DNA from: Antechinus flavipes
Lineage: Eukaryota
Assembly (NCBI RefSeq): GCF_016432865.1
Contig: NC_067402.1
Location: forward strand, 217,620,001 to 217,684,000
Length of the DNA stretch: 64,000 nt
Direction: 5' to 3'
The notes below the pieces were generated by a model. That model ran no database searches and was not told where the DNA came from. It worked only from the letters and a program-made list of their open reading frames with translations. Shown piece by piece: positions 23,401-38,501 of this stretch. The translations under genes and the position numbers were made by a program. Each line of letters starts with the position of its first letter. Positions within the stretch are counted from its first letter, which is position 1.

Positions 23401-26283
23401 TCGGGATCCTATGTTGGACCCTGGCCCACCAGTAACTCTTAAACACTGACCTCAAAGTAACTATCTCCAAATTCAGACATGACATGCTCAGACTTTGGTT
23501 TGTTCTGGCAGTAAATAACATACATATGTAGCCTCCTCTCCTGCAGAAATTTGGGGAAATCATGTATGAGATCAACCCTCTAATGTTAATATTTATAGAG
23601 ACTTAATCCACCCCCCAAATTGAGGTCCAGTAGATACAACCATCTTACATGCTTAATGAAGAGCTGAGCCAGCCAATCAGGATCCTGAAGACATTTCTGT
23701 AGTTCTTGAAGGAAGTAACTGGAGGTATGGCCAAGGAAATGGGAAGGAAGTTCAGAATAGGGTCTATTTGATCTTCCCAACCCAAATTTTATGATTTCTT
23801 TGATCTGTTTGATTTTCCCTCTCCTTTATTTTTGTTGTTCCCCTTTTTAACACTCCCCTTTTGCTCTTCTATTTTCCTCCACTCCCTATACCCTCGATGC
23901 CAACATTCTCACTCTCTGTGCCATTCGTAGATTTGCTGGATATTCCCAAATACAATTCTGTCCCGACCTCGAAGATTTTCAGGGATGCCCTGAGCTGTCA
24001 TGGTTGCCATGTAGCCCTGGTGGGAGAGCAGAACGTGAGGTATAAGTAGGACAAGAAAATGCTATTGAGAAAGGTACCACTGGAAAGGACCCTGCATGGA
24101 GTGGAGACAGGGAGAAGCCTAGTCCTAGAAAAAGGACCCATGCATCTTTTGGAAACTAGTGTAGAGATTTCCAGCTCCAGACAAAAGGAATGGCAGCTGG
24201 GCAGGGGTAGGATGGTAGGAGTAGGGAGTATGGGTGGGGTAGAGGAAATTACCTCCACAATCTGCCCCAAGTCCTCCACGTACATTTTCTCTGTTTCCAC
24301 CAGTTCACTCAAGACAAACCTAGGAAAATAGGAAAGCAACCATCTCAGCAAGTCAATGGACTCTCTTCATTCAGCAACCACCCTTTTCTAAGACTTAGTG
24401 ATTCCTCTCCATAAAGTGAGAGTGGGGATCTCTCTATGTCCAAGGCAATGTCTGTGGGAGATTCTCTCTAAATGTTTAAAGAGGATCCATTTGGTCATCA
24501 TTTGAAGTACAAAAATGGCACTTACATACTCCTGTCCAAAGCTCTCTTCTTTTTTTCTTCCTCACTTTCTGTAGTCTGAGAGGGAGTCTCCTCAGGGGGC
24601 TGGGAAGTTGTACTTTCCTGAAGGAGTAAGGAAAGGAATGGCTCTCAAGAAAATGATCAGGAAACCTTGACTTTGCTTCAGCATCCACCTTAATACCCTT
24701 TTCCTGATACCTGGGTTCTGCCTTCAGGTCCTTCCAATAAAGTGGTCAATAAGGTCAGTTCTGGTAGTTCCTCCCCTGAGGCTAGTGTTGACTCCCGAAT
24801 CCATCCCTGGGGATCAGAGAGCAGATAGATACAGATCAGCTATAACAAATATGTTCCCTTTTCTGACAGCGGGACTCTAGCCCTTGCCCTCTGCTCAATA
24901 TTTGATGTTGCCTCATATTCAATGTTCCCACCTGACTCTTCTTGCTCACCTGACATGATCCTGTCTGGTCATTGTCTGTCTCAGTTTCCACACTGAGGCA
25001 GTGTTTAGAGTGGTCCAACCACCGCCTCAAGCTACTGACAGGCCCTGGGGGTCCAGGGGAACAGGGACCAGAGCTGAATCCAGAGCTAGGAACAGAAGTG
25101 GGGGCCAGGACAGAGGCAACAGAAGCAGAGACACTGCCTTCACTGCCAGCAATGGAATAGGACTCTGGCAGAATGGAAGTGGAGACAATACATGGAAAGC
25201 TTAGTTAGGACTTCTAGGAGAAATCACAGAACATTAGCCAATTCTTTCCCCAGTGCCCAAAAACATACTGTCTCCATTTGAGTTGTATAGGAATAAAATT
25301 TTTTTATTGGTTTTCACAAAGGGGAAAAAGGGGAGGTAAATATAGTGACTTCCCCTCCCCAATTCAACAAACAGAAACATCCAAGAGAACATTCAGACAC
25401 TTCGTTCCCCACTCCTAGAGCCCCAGGAATATGTGGGGTTCCCACACATTTTCAGTTTGGCATGGTTTATGGGTGGAGGGGGGACAAACCATCGACTGGA
25501 AGTAAGATCTGGGGGTGGCCATCTGCCCTCCATGATGGGTACAGACCATTCCCTGGGAAACAGGGGTGGGGAACAGAGATAAGAACCATCTGCCACTCCT
25601 GGGATGACTCCCCTACTTGCTATAAAAAGAAAAAATTTCTGTACTCTCTCATTACCCCCCCCCCAAAAAAAAGCAGTTACTACAATAGACAGAGGAGGGC
25701 AAGAAAGGAAGCTTAATATGGTGGGAGATCTGTCACTAGTTCATCGGATTATATGATCAGATATAAAACTAGATTTCTTCTTCATCCCCTTGTCTCTACC
25801 CAGACCTGAGTCACATTCGAGACAGCTTAGTTTTGAGTGTGATTGAATGCTTTTTTCCGGGGACAGAGGGGGGGAAATAGTGAGAAGAATTGTACAGGGC
25901 CCTAGAAGAAACTTGAACAGGGTGTTTCTCTCCTATCCACCATGTCTCAGAGACACACAAAAACAGACACCGACCCCTCCTTGCCTCTTCCCTTTTTTAA
26001 TTTGGAATCAAAATATATAGAGCTTGAGATTGTCTTCCAACTCTACTTTTCTGAGAGATGTCTCTAGTTATAGGGTACGAAGAGAAAAGGACCCTGGCTT
26101 CCAGGTTCCCCTCCCACACACACATTAATTAGCACCCCTCTTTCAAGGTTTCCACCCCCTCCCCAAATGCTGAGCCCCACACTCACCGCGACCCCCCCGG
26201 GAGAAACAGCAGCCGCATTTTGCCAGCACTTTGCGGATCACGTGGGGACAGGCACAACGACCCCCCCGGTGATCCTCCCGCAT
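20488..26283 (-). CDS. ARHGEF25: Rho guanine nucleotide exchange factor 25 (p63RhoGEF/GEFT), 564-aa isoform, DH-PH
   Basis: Exons 26283-26187, 25164-24950, 24806-24711, 24599-24526, 24319-24253, 24016-23913, 23718-23649, 23540-23451, 23370-23278, 23089-23039, 22810-22733, 22457-22257, 22021-21841, 21499-21291, 20556-20488 (1695 nt). N-terminus [27 protein letters not shown]; DH motifs [13 protein letters not shown] and [16 protein letters not shown]; post-[14 protein letters not shown]; ends [10 protein letters not shown]. Confidence 0.96.
21000..21215 (-). mobile_element. L2 3' end plus adjacent MIR fragment (ARHGEF25 last intron)
   Basis: agcatttattaagcatctactatgtggcaggca...ccactctcaaagagctca (antisense L2 tail) followed by attccaattttacaagtgaagaaaca (MIR). 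Confidence 0.65.
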
Positions 26284-27150
26284 GGCTTCGGGGCCCCCCC
26301 AGACCCCCCACCCGGGCCGGCCATGCAGAGGGAATCACGGGGGGCGGGGCGGGAACGGCTCCAGGCGCACACCCCCCTCCCTCCCACCCAGAGCTGGGCT
26401 GGGAGAGGGGGGAGGGAAAGGATTACTGCGGGGATGTCTAAGGGTGGCTAGAAGTCTTATCTGAAGGAGGGACAAGGGATCTGGGGAAGGGACGGCATAG
26501 GTCTGGAATGCGGAGTCCGGTGAAGAGGAGCTCCGGAGCCCTATCAGTCCCGGGGTCCGTGCGTCCAAATGTCCGGTCCGGGTGGGGCCTGTGCCGGGAT
26601 GCGGCTGCAGCTCCAGCTCTGTCTCTGGGGTCGCTTGGGGTTGGGAGGTGGGCTGAGAGAGTAGGATGGGTGCGTGGAAGATGGGGTGGGGGGAAAAGCC
26701 TCTGGGTTGGGGTTGGGGGGAGGATATGCGGGGGTGGCAGCGTTGGGAAGATACTGGCGCGGAGCCGGGTCTGGGCCGAGCTGCGAGCTGAATTGCAGGC
26801 CGAGCCTCTTTGCAGCCGAGAGGAGGAGTCTGTCTGGTCCTAGCTCCGCCCTCTTTCACTCCATTCCCACTCGAGTTAATCCCCAATTCCCGCCCCAATT
26901 CCCCTCTTCCCCCCTCCCCACTGCTTCCCTCAAGTTGGAACTCTATGTCCCCAGCTTCTCCATCCCTCCCTCCACTGCCTCGCCTCCTGATCTCCCTCCT
27001 TCTCCCCCCTCCTTCCTTCGCTATCTTCAGAGGGCCGATGTTGGGGGATTTTCGTGACGGGGTCGGTGCCCGCTATTCTCCTCCCCCTCCCCCCCAAACT
27101 CCAGGGCGAAGAGCGGGAGTCCGGTGGACAGATAAAGCTTCAGAGGATGT
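26150..27150. promoter_or_regulatory. CpG/GC-rich promoter region of the ARHGEF25 short isoform
   Basis: Dense CpG and GGGGCGGGGC boxes (26341-26350) around and upstream of the ATG at 26283. Confidence 0.6.
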
Positions 27151-27664
27151 GTGGGTGTGAAGTGAAGGGAGGGAAGCAGGGGTGGGGTCAGTAAGTGGAA
27201 ATAAACGTGGGGATGGAAAGAAGTGTCATCCTCTAGCCAGACTCTTAATTCTGGGAGGTGCAGACGTAGACAGGTTTTCTCGAGTGGGCTGCGTGTGTGT
27301 AGACGTCCTTTTCAGGTGCCCGCCCCTTTCCCTCTAATTCTCCCCCTCCCTTCCCTTCAGTACCCAGGACTCCAGCAGCGGCTAATCACCAATTAAGGAG
27401 AACTTCTAGAGCCCTGGGCTGGCGGGGGACCAGGGGTGGGGCGTAGGGGCGGCTACTCCGCCTGGCTAGGGGTATTGAGGCTGGATAGGAGAGAGCTCGG
27501 ACAAGAAGACATGAAAATGTGGGGTAGTCTGTGCAATTAAATGAGTCTCATGCAAATAAGATGCAAAACATTATGTAAATAAGCAAGGAATGTTGTTCGA
27601 ATTCACCACTTAGCGCCGAGTACCTCTCTAAACTGTTTTCCCCCACCTAAATCCAGCTTCTTAC

Positions 27665-28138
27665 CAAGTTCCCGAGTCGGTGCGGAGGCCTCAGCTTCCA
27701 CCTCCCCTCCTTTACCCCATTTCGTACTTTTAGGCTCCGTTTCCCTTTCCCCCAGCCTCAGGAGGCTCCTTTTGGGGAGCTGCAAGGACAGAGGGTCAGT
27801 GAGGAACCCCAATTCGCCTACATCTGGCCCTGACACCCCCTTTCCCTGATTGTGACACGGAGCGATCAATATGTGGCTGGGCTAGATTCGGGGCAGATTC
27901 CATCCCTTTGGACCTTACTACTTCTATAAGGCTTCACCAGTGACTGCGACTATCAGCTGTTTGGGAGGATGAGACGCGGTGTGTGCAGCCTTTGGTCCCG
28001 TTACCCTTAACCCAAGCCCCCAAAGTCCCCTTTCCTTACCCCCTCAGGCTCGGGCAAGGCGCATGCGCGCAGCATGCCTCCCATAGCCCCCAGCATCCGG
28101 TCAGTACGGCCCGAAATAGGGCGGTCTGGGGGCTTCAT
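27665..28138 (-). CDS. ARHGEF25: ARHGEF25 alternative N-terminal exons (28138-28040 and 27779-27665) splicing to exon 25164; long isoform 603 aa
   Basis: First exon encodes MKPPDRPISGRTDRMLGAMGGMLRACALPEPEG|gtaagg, close to the recalled human long-isoform start MKPPDRPAPGRTDRILGVMGGMLRACALPGQEG. Second exon is 115 nt (cag|CTC...G|gtaaga), phase 1, matching the shared exon. Confidence 0.85.
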
Positions 28139-28528
28139 GCTGAACTTAGACCGTGTTCGTAGCTCAGGACGGAGGGGACACCGAGCCTAGGGGCCCTGAG
28201 GCGCTGTGTCGGTGAAGCGGCTGCTGCTTGAATCCTCCCCCAATCCTCGAGCTCCGCCCCACTCCCACCCCAACTCAAACCCCAGCAGGACTAGTAGGAT
28301 TGCCTCTTTTCCCCCAAATCCCACCCCCACTCAATACAAAAAAGTAAAAATACAGACCTAAGTGCTCCAATGTGTTAGGGATCAATCGGTCAACCTTATA
28401 CCCTCAATTCTACAAAAGTCTAGAGGAATTGGTAAAGGATCCAGGGGTTCTTGATTTCCTTCATTCCCCAGAACATCCCTATTCAGGAACCCTCCTCTCC
28501 ACTGCCCATCCAAAGTTGTGTTGCATAT

Positions 28529-28540
28529 TTTATTTTTATT
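28529..28540 (-). terminator. Tandem AATAAA-AATAAA poly(A) signal of DTX3
   Basis: tttatttttatt on +, about 700 nt downstream of the DTX3 stop. Confidence 0.75.
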
Positions 28541-29228
28541 AAATCAAAAGCTAGTCTGGTGGCAGTTCCAAACTGGGTAAAGGTAGAGGAATGGAGGAGA
28601 AAGACAGACTGACATAAAGACAGACACAAAAAGGGGACAAGATGAGTGTGTAGGGGGGCTTGATGAATACACAGAGCAGGCTCCATTTGGTGTGGGGGTG
28701 TTGTATCGGCCCCCAACCCCTCCCCTCGGCTACACACACCCAGAGTTCATTGCCAAGTACAGTTGTGTGTGTGTGTGTGTGGTTGGAATTGGGAGGTAAA
28801 GAGACACCCCTCAGTCCTTTTGGGGGGAAGTCTTCTAAGGAGCGAATTTCAGAAAAATCCAAAGTGGATGGGATGGGGTATGAGTACATGGGGCAGTGGG
28901 TTCAGGGTATGTACATGGGAGGGGAGAGGGAAGAGAGAGGAAAAAGCATGGATATAAATCTTGTAAGTTAACCCCAAACAAATGGTGAGATCTGAGTAGG
29001 GGTAGGGATGAGGGTCACATCACACTGAAGTACATGGTGGAAGTGGGGGACAGAAGAATCAGGAGGCTGTACCCTCCTATCCAAGGCTCCCTCCAAAACA
29101 TAAAAACCTCCTACGTACTGGAGATAAGATGGAGAGACTAGAGACATCAGTTGACAGGGTGGAGGAGGTAATGAATCCTCCATAGGGGAGGGTGTTTGGG
29201 GAAAGGGGGCAAAAGAAGGGAATATCCT

Positions 29229-31751
<2,523 letters not shown>

Positions 31752-32535
31752 CTGCCCCAGGATGAAGGGGCTTCAGGATAGGGTCTATTTGCCAAACACC
31801 AGTGCCTCCACTCTCAATCCCCGCTACCCACCTGAGGTCAGCATCAGCCCCATTTCAAAGCCCACCTACTACCACCTCTCACCAAAGAATTACATATCTT
31901 ATTTTACTTTTCAAAGTCCAGCATCCCTTTCACTTTAGTGTATTCTCATTCAAAGTTCTCCCAATAAAGACTAAGATGAAAGATTATATTGCAAGGTAGA
32001 GCAAATTGCTTCAAGGTACAATGGCTGGCTCATTTTTATTCAATATCACCCCCACAGTATAGTATCTCTTCTTGGTTTCCCCTCCCCAAAAGGTTACAGG
32101 GCAGTCTTTCAGGATAGGAAGTCCAATTGATTTATTACCATTTAAACCAAACATCTAAATCTGGGACTCAGTGAACTTTCCCCATAGTTACACTGATTAC
32201 CTCCTTCCCTGTCCAGAGGGAAGTCATGTGCCCTGGCAGGAAGGCTTCCGGACTGGCACATCCAGAATTGGCTTTCCATCTCTCTCTCTGTGTCCCTACT
32301 TAAGGGCTAGAAATATCTGACCTAGTGGTGATGGTGGTGAACCTCTCTGTCCACTGCTGGGGAGGAAATGAGGGAATTTTCTTGGATACATCCTAATTCA
32401 GAGGCCCTATGCATCTGGGAGTGGAAGAATCAGGATTTCTAGAGTCAAGGTTACTGAAAGCACTTAAAAACAAGATCCCTGGAGATGGGAACAATGAGGG
32501 ATGGGTAGGCAGCAGGTTACTTGGAGGACTGATAC

Positions 32536-32606
32536 CTGGAGAGCCCATGGATGGTGGCAGGAGGAATCCCAGAAGTTCCGCACTCAGCTGGACTTTGGCC
32601 TCAACT
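32536..32606 (-). other. DTX3: Probable DTX3 5' UTR exon (71 nt); other probable UTR exons ~32356-32201 and a first exon ending at 33984 or 33988
   Basis: Acceptor ttgttgttctcgctcag|, donor CCAG|gtatca; position between the CpG-island promoter and the first coding exon. Confidence 0.55.
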
Positions 32607-33599
32607 CTGAGCGAGAACAACAAGGTTATAAGGCAAATTGTGGCCTTCTCTGCCCCTCCCTTTCTCTTCCCTCCCTTCCACAAACCAACAGCACAAGACT
32701 TCTCCCTTCCTCTTCCCCAACCCTTGGTATTCAACCCTGTCCAAAAGTTTTGTGAAGACTGAAAGTTCAGTATTCAAACTTCAAATCTCTTTTCATCCCT
32801 AACACTAAGCCCTGAAGTCTACAGTGAAAAGGTAAGAAGAGAGAAAAAGGAAGGAATAATTGATTAGAATTGGAAAAGCCGCAAAAGTTTGATCTAAGCC
32901 AATTGTCTTAGCTATAGTCCCGCCCCCTGACTCAGTTCACAAAGGCAAGAATTTCCTATTTTCCCTCTCTCCACTATTCCCCAAGATTCCCAAATTGTTA
33001 CCCTCATGGCCTGCAAATCCTCCCTAAGGTCTAACCTTAATCACTCCTGCTTGCTGGCTGTAGATTTGGACAAAGTGGCAGCAGACTCTACAACCAAAAA
33101 ATTAAAAATTAAAAAATCCATAGTTCACTCATACTAGTTTAAGACCAGATATGTCACCTCTCCATCTATATATACTATCATGCATGGGGAATATTCATAC
33201 ATGGGTCTAGTTCCTAGAAACTGAGGCATCCCTCAGTCCTCACATGTTTTATTTACTTCCTCTGGTCTCCATCACTCATCCATCTAGGAAGAGAACAGGT
33301 CAGAGCTCAGGGTTAAGTTTAAATGGGGGTAGGTCATTGACTCTCTTAGTTGGAAGGGAAGGAGGCCCTGGCTCGGGTCTCAAGCAATCCCCCACCCCCC
33401 CCACCCCTTCCGATCCTCCCTCCCGATTCGGAGGCTGTCTACCCCTAGGGGGTCTTAGCCCAAAATCTGGCTAGGGCTTAGCCCTGGATCCCTTTTCAGT
33501 GGAGGGCAACACTTACTCAGCTAAGGAAGTTGGGTGAGGGGGTGGGCAGGGTCCGGGGGTCCACGACCTACACCAGGCCAGTCCCACCTCCAGACTGGG

Positions 33600-34400
33600 G
33601 CGGGGTCAATGAAGGTGTCTGGAGTGGGCCCATATCCCTGAGTCTCCATAGACCATTTCCCGTACCCTTCACCCCCTGCTAGGCCGGGCCCCGATTCCTA
33701 CGGCGCACACACAGACAGATACACACAGGCACTCACGCGCGCACACACACGACCGGGGGCTCCCCTCCCCGACCCCGCAGCTGGCAGGCCCCGTGGAGGC
33801 CCCGCAGCACCCTCCCCAACATCCTTCCTCCCCATTCTTCCCGCAACAGAAAGGAAGACGCCCGGCTGTGGAGCGGCGCAGAGGGTGGGCAAGGGTGAGG
33901 GTCCCCGGGCTCGAGGGAATGGGTCCGAGGGGCGCCAGCTTGCGCCCGGGGGGCGCTGGGGGGTGGGGGGGCGCCGGGCTCACCTACCTCCCGTCAGCGC
34001 CGCCATCGCCGGTCACATGACTGAGGCTGTTGCTGGGATGACGGTCCGGACCTTAGCAACGGGGTTGGGGGGGGAGGGGGAAAGAGGAGGGAGAGGGATG
34101 AAGAAGAGGGAATGGAGGTTAGGGAGGAGGGTCCTGGAGGAGGGAAGGCGGGGCCGAGAACAGCGGCCCCCTCCCCCAAATCGGAGGCGACAGTCACCGC
34201 CTCTCAGGCCCCACCTCCAATTCCAAAGCGTCCTTCCTGCACCTTCCCAACCCTCTTCCCGTGGGGATACTCCTGGGGGCGGGGGAGTGAGGGAGGGGGA
34301 GAGTTACTGGGGAGGGAACGAGGGCAGGGCTGGGAGGTGGGGTAAATAAGGGAAGGAGCCGCAAACCAGCTGAGAGATAAGGGAAGAATTTCCCCTCCCC
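33600..34400. promoter_or_regulatory. CpG island / promoter and first exon of DTX3
   Basis: High CpG and GC content, G-rich tracts, strong minus-strand donor AG|gtgagc at 33984. Confidence 0.7.
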
Positions 34401-37020
34401 TTCCCTCCCCGCCCCGTTCACCTGTCCCTCTCCCCATCACCTTCGTCACCTTACCCCGCCCTCTACTATCCTCTTCTTTTTCTTTCCCAATAAATTGCTC
34501 AGCTGCCGGTGGGGGTTGGAGGAGACCGGGCAACCTCAGCTTTTTTTGGCCGAAGGGATGGCCTTGGAAACGGCATGGCCTGGGTTCAAATGCCACCTAA
34601 GACACTTCCTAGTTGACCCAGAGCGAATCCCTTGGATTTCATTGGCAAAATGAGGAATTTGGGTTAGATGGTCTCAAAGATGCCTGCCAGCTCTCTAGCC
34701 TAGATTTCAGATCGGGTGGAGGAAGCCACCTTTTTTACCATTTGCCGCTTTCAGTGTTAATTGCAGATGGAACCGTAGGCAGAAAAGGGAGATGAAGGAA
34801 CACTGACTGAATATTAAAAATATGCCACGACGTAAGGGCTTAAGAAAAGTTATTTGACTTCAATGGGTTAGGCTGTGGCCGATGCCTTTCAACTTTAAAT
34901 CTATGATCCCATGAGATTGGGTGAGGAGGAAACACCCCTTATTTACCCATTTTTAGTGTTCATGCCAGAAAGGAACTAAGACAGTAATGTGGAATGGATA
35001 GAGGATAATAATACACCCCTCAGCCCCATTTCTATAGCACTTGAAAAAGGTTTTATAGTTTTGCTCATATCCATTATTCTAGGTAGATCGTAATTATTCC
35101 TTTTGTACTTTTGAAAAAAGCCTAAGGCTCAAGACTTCTCAATTTCAGTAACTTTTCTATTTATTTAAAAATTAAATTTTACTTTTATCAAGAGATCTGA
35201 ACTCTTCTCCTCTTTCCCTCTCTCCCCTCCCACCACTGAGAAAGAAAAAAAAAAATCTTATTTCATCATGAGTCCTCGGTAATCATGATGGGTCATTGTT
35301 TTGATCAGAATTCTAAAGTCTTTCAGTTGATTTTCTTTATATTGTTCTCTGCTCAGGGAACAGACTTCCATAGCCATTTAGCTAGTAGGCATTTATTTGA
35401 GAATTGAAGTTTAGGTCTCCAGATGCTGAGTTCAGCACTTTCCCCATTATACCTGACTCTTAAAATAATCTTGTACAGTTCTCAAATTAAAGTTCTTTCC
35501 AATACCTCTAACCCCAACCCATCTCTAGAAGCCAAAGCCAGAGTCTTTTTTTCAAATTCTTTTGCTCAGTTTAACAGAGGGAAAATGAGGAAACAAAATG
35601 AAGGTGCCTTGAAAAAGGATTCAAGTATCACTTGAATTTACTGCTCAGCCTGATACTTCTCTCCAAATACCCAGAATAACCCAAAACTGCTGCTTTCCAG
35701 ATTAAAACTTTGTACTCCTTTTCCACCCTACAGCCTTATCTACAATTTCCTTTTTTTTTTTTTTTTTTTAAACTTTCTTCCCCCAGTGGCCAACAAGGAA
35801 TTTAATAAAGAGGCTTTTGAAAATCCCAAGGGGCTGTTGGTGGAGCACTGTCAATCCACTCTTCCCACCCTAGAAACTGGATGCCTGATCTTTCTCCAGC
35901 ATGCTTTCCCAGGACCTAGCTGTATCCCTTCCCCTCACCCACTCTCTCCTGAAGCCAGATTTCTTCCCAAGAAGTTTGGGGGAAAAAATATTGACATTTG
36001 TTTCTTACTCAGCTTCTTTACTGGAAAGGACACATGCATTTTACTGAAGGTCTGTGTGTTCCAAGAAATACAGATTCTAGAGGAGGTTAACCTCCAAATT
36101 CTGTATCTGGCACCTCAAAGTTCTCATAATCAAGAAATACTTCCAACATTTCTCCCATCCAATTATAATCTAATTCCCAAGGCAAAACAAAACAAAAAAC
36201 CCCAACTCTTAAATCTTTTCTTTCCCTCTCTCCCCCCATCCTGCTTCTACCATAGAAAGTGTCTATTTTCTCTCATTGATCATTAGATCCCACCTTCAAG
36301 AGATATTCATATTTGAGACACCAGTTTTGCTTCCAAACCTTTTAGCTTCCTGCTCTCCCTTATACTGAATCTTAATAGTAACAATACATAACTTTCCATA
36401 GCACTTTAGGGTTTCTAAAGCATTTTAATCTCATTTGATACCTTAAACAACCTTGTGAACTATTTTTGCTTTTTTTTGCTGATCAATGAACATTGTTTTT
36501 ATTGTGAACAATGTATTCTTGGTTCTGCTTGTTTTGCTCAGCATCGGTTCATGTAAATCTTTCCAGGCCTTTCTAAAATCATCTTGTTCACCACTTTTTA
36601 TAGACTAACATTCCCTTACCTTCATATAGATCATGTGAACTATTAAAGGTATTTATAGTCATTTCACAGATGAGGAAGTTAAATTGTCTTTGACTAAAAA
36701 TTTTCACTAATATGGGATTCTACTCATTAATATGGAAGTATTTGATCATTTCAAGCTTAGTAACTACCATGCTACATTGGATCTCAAAAATACACAAGAG
36801 CAGTAAGAGGGAGCAGGTCAGGTTTAATAATTTACTTCTACATTGAGAAAGCAAGAATAGGAATATGTAAGATTTTAGATTTTTTTTCTTTTTTCTTTTT
36901 TTTTTTTACCAAAAAAAAAAAAAAATTGCAACAAATGAAGACACCCACACTGCCCCGATGTATCAGTTACATGGTCAGAAAACCAATTTCTAGAGAAAGG
37001 CAGTTGTTGGTGTCCTAAGT

Positions 37021-37026
37021 TTTATT
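37021..37026 (-). terminator. Candidate poly(A) signal of PIP4K2C; ATTAAA alternative at 36823-36828
   Basis: tttatt on +, about 1.5 kb downstream of the stop; tttaat at 36823-36828. Confidence 0.45.
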
Positions 37027-38501
37027 GCATTTAAACGGGGGAAAGAGAAGGGGAAAGGTTTAAGTTCAACCAGTCACCCAGAGAGAGGATAATAAGGAGT
37101 CGGATGTCATGGGTCACACATCACACACAAATCAGGCAGCCATTTCACAAACACACATACACACATACACATACATACATTTCCTCCTCCTGAAGAATAA
37201 AAGTGGGAGCAAGGAAATAGGTAGGGGAAAATATTCACAGAGCTACCTCTTATTGACGGAACAGTCTAGCCACACAGGGAGTACTGTATTGATTCATAAC
37301 CCTAGACGATACTGGCGAAACCTAGGAGTGATTGTCTCTACTTCAAAGTGAGTCTAAACTACCTTTCCCCTCAGCTCAAATTCCTCTGATGTTCCTCAAA
37401 GCCCAGTTAGATATACTATTCCTATATGATTTAGGGAGGCAGTTATGGCTGATTCCTCTCAGGAAATAGGAAATAGGGATGCCACCTATTTCTGGGAGAT
37501 CTAACAGTACAAGATGGTTGAATGGGAGTACACTGATGACAAAGCTGAAGGGAGAGAGAAGGAATGGTGCCGAGTTCAATTCACCCCAAAGATAACCAGG
37601 TTTGGTCCAGGTTGAAGATTTCCTCTTCCCTGAAACAATACCCAGAAATAACTAGACAAAGATAAAGTAATATTAAATATAGTGAGCTTTTAGCTCCAGA
37701 ATCTTTCTTTACTCCAGTCTCTCAGATCAGCCATCTAAAATACCTGAAGAAATGGTCCCAGTCCCAGGTAGGACAGAGGTTCTGATATCCAGCCACAGCA
37801 ACCAAACATGGACCCCAAGTCAGGCCTAGACAGTGGGACTACTTCAAAACTTAGGTGTCTAGAACAATGAGGCTAGGGAACCATTCAAAGTCCCTGACAA
37901 AGCATGTAATTCCTCAACACCCCAACCCAGTGAGAAGCCAGCCTGCTGACTGCATCTTCCACCCTCCACCCCCCTTCAGCAAGTGAGACTGGCTACAACA
38001 CCTTCTGCACATTCACATCTGCCCCCAGTACACGGGGCATGTTGGAAGAGTGAAGAGCAAGTCCCTTTGCCCCCAAGAAAGTTAAACAGCAAAGTTCAAG
38101 CTATTCCTGGCTCAAGCTTTCCAGGTTAGAGCAACTTCTAGGGCCAGAGTCACTGGGCCTGCCAGAGTCAGAAGATGCTTGCCATCCCCTCCCCCTCCCC
38201 AAACAATTCAGGTCATCCTAATTTACAAAAATAACATGACATTTCACAAAGATCAAGGCACTTGGGAGAGAGAGAGAGAGAAAAAAAATCTTCAGTAAAA
38301 CCCTAATGAAGCTGACTTTGGGGGTGGTGTGGTTAAGACAAGAAGCAGGGAAGACATCACTCTGGAAGTGGGGAGAAGCAACTTGGACTTAGTGAAGGAA
38401 GAGGACACCCCTAACTCCTTTAGTCTTCCCCCTACAGCCCTGTCACTTCTTCCTCTGCCACCCACGTCTATGGGAGATGGCACAGATGGCCAGGCAGTCT
38501 T

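Noticed and set aside
26335-27160. Several 110-190 aa ORFs on both strands
   Set aside because: Low-complexity Pro/Gly/Arg products typical of stop-poor CpG islands; no coherent exon structure or homology.
33669-34596. Overlapping 100-154 aa ORFs at the DTX3 promoter
   Set aside because: GC-rich, G-tract-driven open frames without recognisable protein features.
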